Assembly: GCA_964444145.1 (NCBI GenBank)
Contig: CAYUFU010000010.1
Span: 1-59,202, forward strand
Reading direction: 5' to 3'
Source: an uncultured Chitinophagales bacterium
GTDB taxonomy: Bacteria > Bacteroidota > Ignavibacteria > UBA10030 > UBA6906
Length of the DNA stretch: 59,202 bases
The notes beneath the pieces are model-generated. The model saw only the letters and a list, made by a program, of their open reading frames with translations. It searched no databases and was not told the origin of the DNA. Of this stretch, positions 54,996 to 59,202 are shown one piece after another (position 1 is the stretch's first letter; every line of letters begins with the position of its first letter). Made by a program: the position numbers and the translations under genes.

Positions 54996-55532
54996 TCAGC
55001 GCCGCGACTTGTTCCGCCCACCCTTCCGTTGAACCGACTGAATTGCCCGCCGCAATTTCACCATTGTCGTACGCATATCTTCCGAAATCACCTTTGTGTC
55101 GCCGAGGACAGGCATGAAATTCGTATCACCGTTCCAGCGCGGCACAATGTGAAAGTGAATATGCCCCGTTACGCCGGCGCCGCTTGCCCGTCCCAGATTC
55201 GCGCCAAAGTTGAACCCCTGAGGCTTCATCTCAGCGTCCAGCGCGTTGATGCAGATACGCGCCAACTTCATCACCTCATTCAACTCGGGCTGTGTCAACT
55301 CATCGAAGCGCCCCGTTTGTCTGTACGGCACAATCATCACATGACCGCTATTGTAGGGATACAAATTCAAAATCACGAAACAGTATTTTCCGCGGTGGAC
55401 GATGAAATGCTTATCGTCGTTCCCCTCTTCGAGTGCGCGAATGAAAATGCTCTTCTTCGACTTGCGCTTCCGGGGCGGGTCTTTGAATGATTGAATATAT
55501 GCCGAACGCCACGGCGACCACATGCGTTTCAT
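54996..55532 (-). CDS. HIT-domain hydrolase
   Basis: MWSPWRSAYI, LNLYPYNSGHVMIVP, HIHFHIVPRW.GDTNFMP. Confidence 0.9.
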   Translation of the reverse strand: MKRMWSPWRSAYIQSFKDPPRKRKSKKSIFIRALEEGNDDKHFIVHRGKYCFVILNLYPYNSGHVMIVPYRQTGRFDELTQPELNEVMKLARICINALDAEMKPQGFNFGANLGRASGAGVTGHIHFHIVPRWNGDTNFMPVLGDTKVISEDMRTTMVKLRRAIQSVQRKGGRNKSRR

Positions 55533-55605
55533 GTACTCTCCCTGATTACCAACGCTGAGCAGCGCAAAAGGATACCTCTCTACCGACAACCGGTTTCACT
55601 CTGCA

Positions 55606-55709
55606 GCGCCTGTGTGAAAGCGACTTCATCACGTAGAGCGATTCTCCAGAATCGCTCGTTGCGCGAGCCAGAGACACACTGTCGCTCTCCATGATTCTCA
55701 CACAGGTTC
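55606..55709 (+). mobile_element. MITE-like repeat family A, copy 4 (degenerate, 104 bp)
   Basis: GCGCCTGTGTGA / TCACACAGGTTC, hairpin 1 intact, 5-nt deletion in hairpin 2, flanks not duplicated. Confidence 0.7.
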
Positions 55710-55863
55710 TTTCGCGCGTGTCGAATTTACGAAAGTCGCGACTAAGAAAAACCGTGAGGCACCAACCGTCAATCGCAACGCAGCCTTGCGTGCATGGGAA
55801 GAAGTCGTTAGGCACTGCAGCAAGAGAACCCACCGCATCGCCGATTACACGCGAAGTTTTTTT

Positions 55864-55960
55864 GGGGCTGCAGACAGGCTACATCGTCCCGCCATGTTCC
55901 TGCGCCGCGGGAAACATTCTGCTTCGTGGATAGTCCAAGCGCCTCCCCCGCACATGCCGC
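55864..55960 (-). repeat. Repeat family B, copy (97 nt) downstream of EF-G2
   Basis: Collinear conserved blocks with 48908-49004. Confidence 0.65.
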
Positions 55961-56030
55961 GTGTGCGCGCCGACTCCCCCGTATCCCATAGACGTCGCGC
56001 TCTACACTCACAAAACAAGGTAGCCTAACC

Positions 56031-58130
56031 CTACACCTCCGCTTCCTTACTCTTGTTCTTCTCCGAGGCAGCGATAATCTTCTCCATTTGCTCGCGCGGC
56101 ACCTCTTCGTAATGCGAAAACGTTGCGCTAAACACACCGCGTCCAGCCGTCTTCGAGCGCAGCACGGTCGCGTACTTGTGCAACTCCGACTGCGGCACCT
56201 GCGCCTTGACGACCTGATAGTGGCCCGCAGCCTCCATCCCCAAAATAATACCGCGCCGTCCGGAGATATCTCCCATCACGTCGCCCATCGCATCCTCAGG
56301 TATCTTCACCTCGATATTGTTGATAGGCTCGAGCAAAATCGGTTTCGCCTCCATGAATCCCTTCTTGAACGCCTGCGCCGCTGCAATCTTAAATGCCATT
56401 TCGGACGAATCAACGTCGTGATATGAGCCGTAGTGCAGCGCGACACGCACATCAACAACGGGATAGCCTGCAAGCACGCCTTCTTTCATCGTCTCCACAA
56501 TTCCCTTTTCGACTGCGGGCACAAACCGCCCCGGCACAACGCCCCCCACAATCTCATCGAGAAACTCGAATCCCTCCCCGCGCTTGCGCGGCTCCAGCCG
56601 CAAGTGAACATGGCCGTACTGACCGTGTCCGCCGCTTTGCTTCTTGTGCTTGTACTCTGCGTCCTTCACAATCGCTTTGATTGTTTCGCGGTACGGAATT
56701 TTCGGTTCGACTAGGTCAACATCAACATTGAATTTCTGCTTGAGCCGCTTCACGACAATTTGCAAATGCAGCTCCCCCTGTCCGCTGATGACCGTCTGAT
56801 GCAGCTCAGGATCAACACGAAACACGAACGTCGGATCCTCCTCGTGCAGCGAGTGGAGACCCGTCGCGATCTTGTCTTCGTACCCTTTTGCCTTCGGCAC
56901 AATTGCAAGATGATACACCGGCTCGGGAAACGTCGTCGGCGCGTATACTACTGAGAGATTCTTACTGCTCAACGTATTGTTGGTGTGCGTATCTTTCAAC
57001 TTCACAACTGCCCCGATGTCGCCCGCCATCAATTTCCCAACCTCCTTGCGGTCCTTGCCATTCATCACATAGAGCTGCGCGAGACGTTCAGGCTTGCCAT
57101 TGGCTTCGTTTACCAAATCCATGCCGGGCGTTATTGTTCCCGAGTAGACACGAAAGAAGGACAACTCACCAACATGTGATTCCGAAATCGTCTTGAACAC
57201 AAACAACGACGGCTCCCCCTTTGGGTCGGGATGAATCACGACATCGTCTTCGCTATTGACGGGTCGCGCATGCGTGTCGCCAATCTCGGGGGGCGAGGGG
57301 CAATCCTCAACAACGAAGTCCAGGATGTCGCTGACACCGACGTTCAGCGTCGCCGAGCAGCAGAGAATAGGGAAGAGATTGCGCTCGTGAATCCCCTTAT
57401 GCAAGCCCGCCTTCAGCTCATCATCGGTGAGCACACCGCTCTCGAGATACTTTTCCATCAGCTTCTCATCCAACTCCGCAACCGCATCGAGCAACTGCCG
57501 GCGATACTGCTCGGCTCGCGGCTTCGCTTCCGCGGGAATCTCTATCTCCTTGTACTTACCGTTGCCTCCGCGTTCGTATTTCAGCGCTTTCATTTTGATC
57601 ACGTCAACAATCGTGTCGAACGGCAAGCCTTGATTGAGCGGGAATTGAATCACCTCCACCTCATGACTCACGTAGTCGTGACATTGCCGAACGACTTTCT
57701 CGAAGTCCGCGTTTTCATTATCGAGCTTGTTGACGACGAAAACGACGCCGTTGCGAAATTCATTCGTGTACTTACCGACGATTTCCGTTCCGACTTCGAT
57801 GCCCTCAACCGCCTTGACGATAATGAGCGCGGTGTCCGAAACGCGGAGTGCACTTTTCACTTCGCCCGTAAAGTCCGTGTAACCGGGTGTGTCGAGAATA
57901 TTGATCTTCGTATTTTTCCACTCGCAGTTGAGCAGGGAAGTGTTGATGGAGATTTGTCGTTCGATTTCGTCGGGGTGATAGTCGGAAAGCGTGTTCCCGT
58001 CTTGCACTTTGCCGAGGCGGGTTGTTGTGCCTGCGGAGAAGAGCATCGCCTCAGCTACGCTTGTCTTCCCCGCGCCTCCGTGTCCGATGAGCGCCACGTT
58101 GCGGATATTCTCCGGTGCAAATTCTTTCAT
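56031..58130 (-). CDS. Elongation factor G paralogue (EF-G2 type)
   Basis: IRNVALIGHGGAGKTS, DTPGYTDF, NKLD, PKIPYRETI, KKQSGGHGQYG, GSYHDVDSSEMAFKIAA; G1 differs from canonical AHIDAGKTT. Confidence 0.93.
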   Translation of the reverse strand: MKEFAPENIRNVALIGHGGAGKTSVAEAMLFSAGTTTRLGKVQDGNTLSDYHPDEIERQISINTSLLNCEWKNTKINILDTPGYTDFTGEVKSALRVSDTALIIVKAVEGIEVGTEIVGKYTNEFRNGVVFVVNKLDNENADFEKVVRQCHDYVSHEVEVIQFPLNQGLPFDTIVDVIKMKALKYERGGNGKYKEIEIPAEAKPRAEQYRRQLLDAVAELDEKLMEKYLESGVLTDDELKAGLHKGIHERNLFPILCCSATLNVGVSDILDFVVEDCPSPPEIGDTHARPVNSEDDVVIHPDPKGEPSLFVFKTISESHVGELSFFRVYSGTITPGMDLVNEANGKPERLAQLYVMNGKDRKEVGKLMAGDIGAVVKLKDTHTNNTLSSKNLSVVYAPTTFPEPVYHLAIVPKAKGYEDKIATGLHSLHEEDPTFVFRVDPELHQTVISGQGELHLQIVVKRLKQKFNVDVDLVEPKIPYRETIKAIVKDAEYKHKKQSGGHGQYGHVHLRLEPRKRGEGFEFLDEIVGGVVPGRFVPAVEKGIVETMKEGVLAGYPVVDVRVALHYGSYHDVDSSEMAFKIAAAQAFKKGFMEAKPILLEPINNIEVKIPEDAMGDVMGDISGRRGIILGMEAAGHYQVVKAQVPQSELHKYATVLRSKTAGRGVFSATFSHYEEVPREQMEKIIAASEKNKSKEAEV

Positions 58131-58251
58131 AGGTTTCCTCCATGTTAGGTCGGTGATGAGATTCCAGTCCCCAAGCTTTCAGAGGTTCTTTCGAGGTTCG
58201 AAAACGCAGAACGAGAAGAGTTGGGGTGAGTTCCTTTGGATGAGAAAAAAC

Positions 58252-58280
58252 AAAAAACCTCTGTCGTCCAACAGAGGTTT
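58252..58280 (-). terminator. Intrinsic terminator of the ytxH-DUF948 pair
   Basis: Minus strand aaacctctgt / acagaggttt followed by a T-run. Confidence 0.7.
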
Positions 58281-58665
58281 ACGCTCGCAATCGTTCGGTG
58301 AAGGTTCTCACGCCTTTGAACAACGCAGCCACGAAACCAACAGTATCGAGGATAGGTCCTTCAAGTCGTTCTTGCACGCGGCGTTCGAGAGCGACCACAT
58401 TATCCGCGATGTCGCGAATTGAGCCAATGGATTCGCGCACCATCATGACTTGGTCGTCAACATTGTCCGTGATGCTCTTGACGCGTGAGGAAATGTAATC
58501 AATGTTTTCGAGCACGGGCATCGTTCGCTCTGTGACCGCTTTGATGTCGCGCTCGATGTTCGTGAGCATCTCTTTCACGCGTATCAAGACAACGATGAGA
58601 AAGACGCACACTGCTGTTACGGCAACGAGCGCGAGAATCTGAGCAATGACAAGAGCGATTTCCAT
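58279..58665 (-). CDS. DUF948-like membrane-anchored coiled-coil protein
   Basis: N-terminal TM then heptad repeats; paired with YtxH as is common. Confidence 0.7.
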   Translation of the reverse strand: MEIALVIAQILALVAVTAVCVFLIVVLIRVKEMLTNIERDIKAVTERTMPVLENIDYISSRVKSITDNVDDQVMMVRESIGSIRDIADNVVALERRVQERLEGPILDTVGFVAALFKGVRTFTERLRA

Positions 58666-58671
58666 CTTTGC

Positions 58672-59067
58672 TTACGAGCGGTTGCGCTCTTGCTTGTACG
58701 CGTCGATACCCGACTTGACGGCATCCTTCAGTCGCACCCCCTCATCGAGGATCGAACCTGAGCGCTGACGCGCGGTGTTCAACACCTTATCGGCGTCTTC
58801 GAGCAATGAACTTGCCTGCGATTTCACATCGGAGATGATTTGCTCGCCGCGCTTTCGTGCTTCCGTTGAAATGTCGGGCAACTTTGCCCGGACCTCGCTC
58901 AGTGCCGTATCGGCGCTGTCCATCAGTTCATCGGTCTTTGCTTTGATGTCGGCGCGAAGCTCTTTACCGCTTTTCGGCGCGTACAGGAGCGCAAGGATTG
59001 CACCGATCGCGCTGCCTGCAAGCAAGCCGAAGATAAAATTCTTTGTGCCATCACTGTTGTTTGCCAT
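58672..59067 (-). CDS. YtxH-domain protein
   Basis: FIFGLLAGSAIGAILALLYAPKSGKELRADI. Confidence 0.88.
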   Translation of the reverse strand: MANNSDGTKNFIFGLLAGSAIGAILALLYAPKSGKELRADIKAKTDELMDSADTALSEVRAKLPDISTEARKRGEQIISDVKSQASSLLEDADKVLNTARQRSGSILDEGVRLKDAVKSGIDAYKQERNRS

Positions 59068-59110
59068 CGCTCAACTCCCTCAAATGAAATGTGATCGTCA
59101 TGACGGTTTC

Positions 59111-59139
59111 ATGATAAAGACTTACGCCAAGAAAAGCAA
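59111..59139 (-). promoter_or_regulatory. Putative sigma70-type promoter for ytxH
   Basis: TTGCTT-N17-TATCAT on the minus strand. Confidence 0.45.
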
Positions 59140-59202
59140 CGCAGCACGTTCGCTTTCGAAGCTCGATAGTGAATCTTACCAAAAGACGCAAGGTAAAGAA
59201 TG

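Overview
A 59-kb chromosomal segment, mostly housekeeping, with most genes on the minus strand. It probably comes from an Ignavibacteria/Chlorobi-Bacteroidota (FCB) bacterium; this is inferred from an Hc1-like histone, a DUF5103 T9SS-plug-like gene and the general gene repertoire. Contents in order: deoxyhypusine-synthase-like gene and histone-like protein, rpsU, a TolC/MacA/ATPase/2-permease ABC exporter, CCA-adding enzyme, RlmI-like methylase and uvrA. Next is a 14-kb type IV pilus/T2SS-like locus, then tRNA-Ile2, a 9-PAS hybrid kinase, and a purine/allantoin catabolic cluster (allB, alc, uraD, uraH, no uricase, plus a CitE-like unknown). The window ends with an ECF sigma operon, HIT, EF-G2 and ytxH. 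The best candidate for an undescribed system is the pilus locus. Its three pilins align gap-free with the canonical type IV pilin helix but have no class III leader, no Phe+1 and no Glu+5 (MGQQQLLL...). The locus also has a PilM-PilN fusion, a very short secretin apparently lacking N3, two PilB paralogues that differ in their MshEN-like motif, an Ig-domain lipoprotein, and no prepilin peptidase in the window. The intergenic DNA holds three interlocking repeat families: a 109-bp MITE with 4-bp target duplications enclosing two GTAG-type REP hairpins, a 97-nt fixed-length block repeat, and a 20-bp palindromic module inserted into both. No CRISPR array, transposase or integrase was seen. All calls are by eye, without database searches.
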